DNA from: a virus
DNA: 64,000 bases
Reading direction: 5' to 3' (one strand)
Virus record (IMG/VR): IMGVR_UViG_3300045003_000080
Location: 1-64,000 of that record
Below are positions 63,971-64,000 of this stretch, piece by piece. The notes below the pieces were generated by a model. That model had not been told where the DNA came from, searched no databases, and worked only from the letters and a program-made list of their open reading frames with translations. Both the position numbers and the translations under genes were made by a program. Within the stretch, counting starts at the first letter, position 1, and each line of letters starts with the position of its first letter.

Positions 63971-64000
63971 ATGGGTTTCCTCGACGATTTCGCGACGCCC
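63971..64000 (+). CDS. start of a probable tail assembly chaperone (partial)
   Basis: GGAG RBS, MGFLDDFATP; synteny. Confidence 0.45.
   Translation, partial: MGFLDDFATP

Noticed and set aside
1-64000. Cognate radical SAM maturase, reverse transcriptase/DGR, DNA polymerase or lysis genes
   Set aside because: No CxxxCxxC radical SAM, YxDD reverse transcriptase, polymerase or endolysin motifs recognised; they may lie outside the window.

Overview
High-GC window from a large temperate actinobacterial siphophage or prophage-like element; a Streptomyces-like host is inferred, not shown. Layout: a split Ro60/TROVE gene pair; a large serine integrase (- strand) with a candidate attP, and a tyrosine recombinase; about 20 kb of early hypothetical genes driven by seven copies of a conserved promoter/operator motif (TTTCATCACGCNNRCTTGACR), containing a tRNA-like element, a non-coding array of covarying hairpin units and a duplicated ~650-bp non-coding block; an origin-like region with iteron-like repeats and LexA-like boxes; a middle region of mostly leaderless accessory genes (metallophosphoesterase, HNH, methyltransferase, GNAT, HAD, MazG-like) with a DasR-like box and 10 tRNAs; then virion genes (tailspike block, terminase, portal fusion, protease/scaffold, capsid, head-tail, tail tube). 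The strongest novelty is three tandem phage-encoded FxSxx-COOH (FxsA-type RiPP precursor-like) peptides with no maturase in the window, two of them missed by the ORF track. All calls come from reading motifs by eye; no database searches were run.
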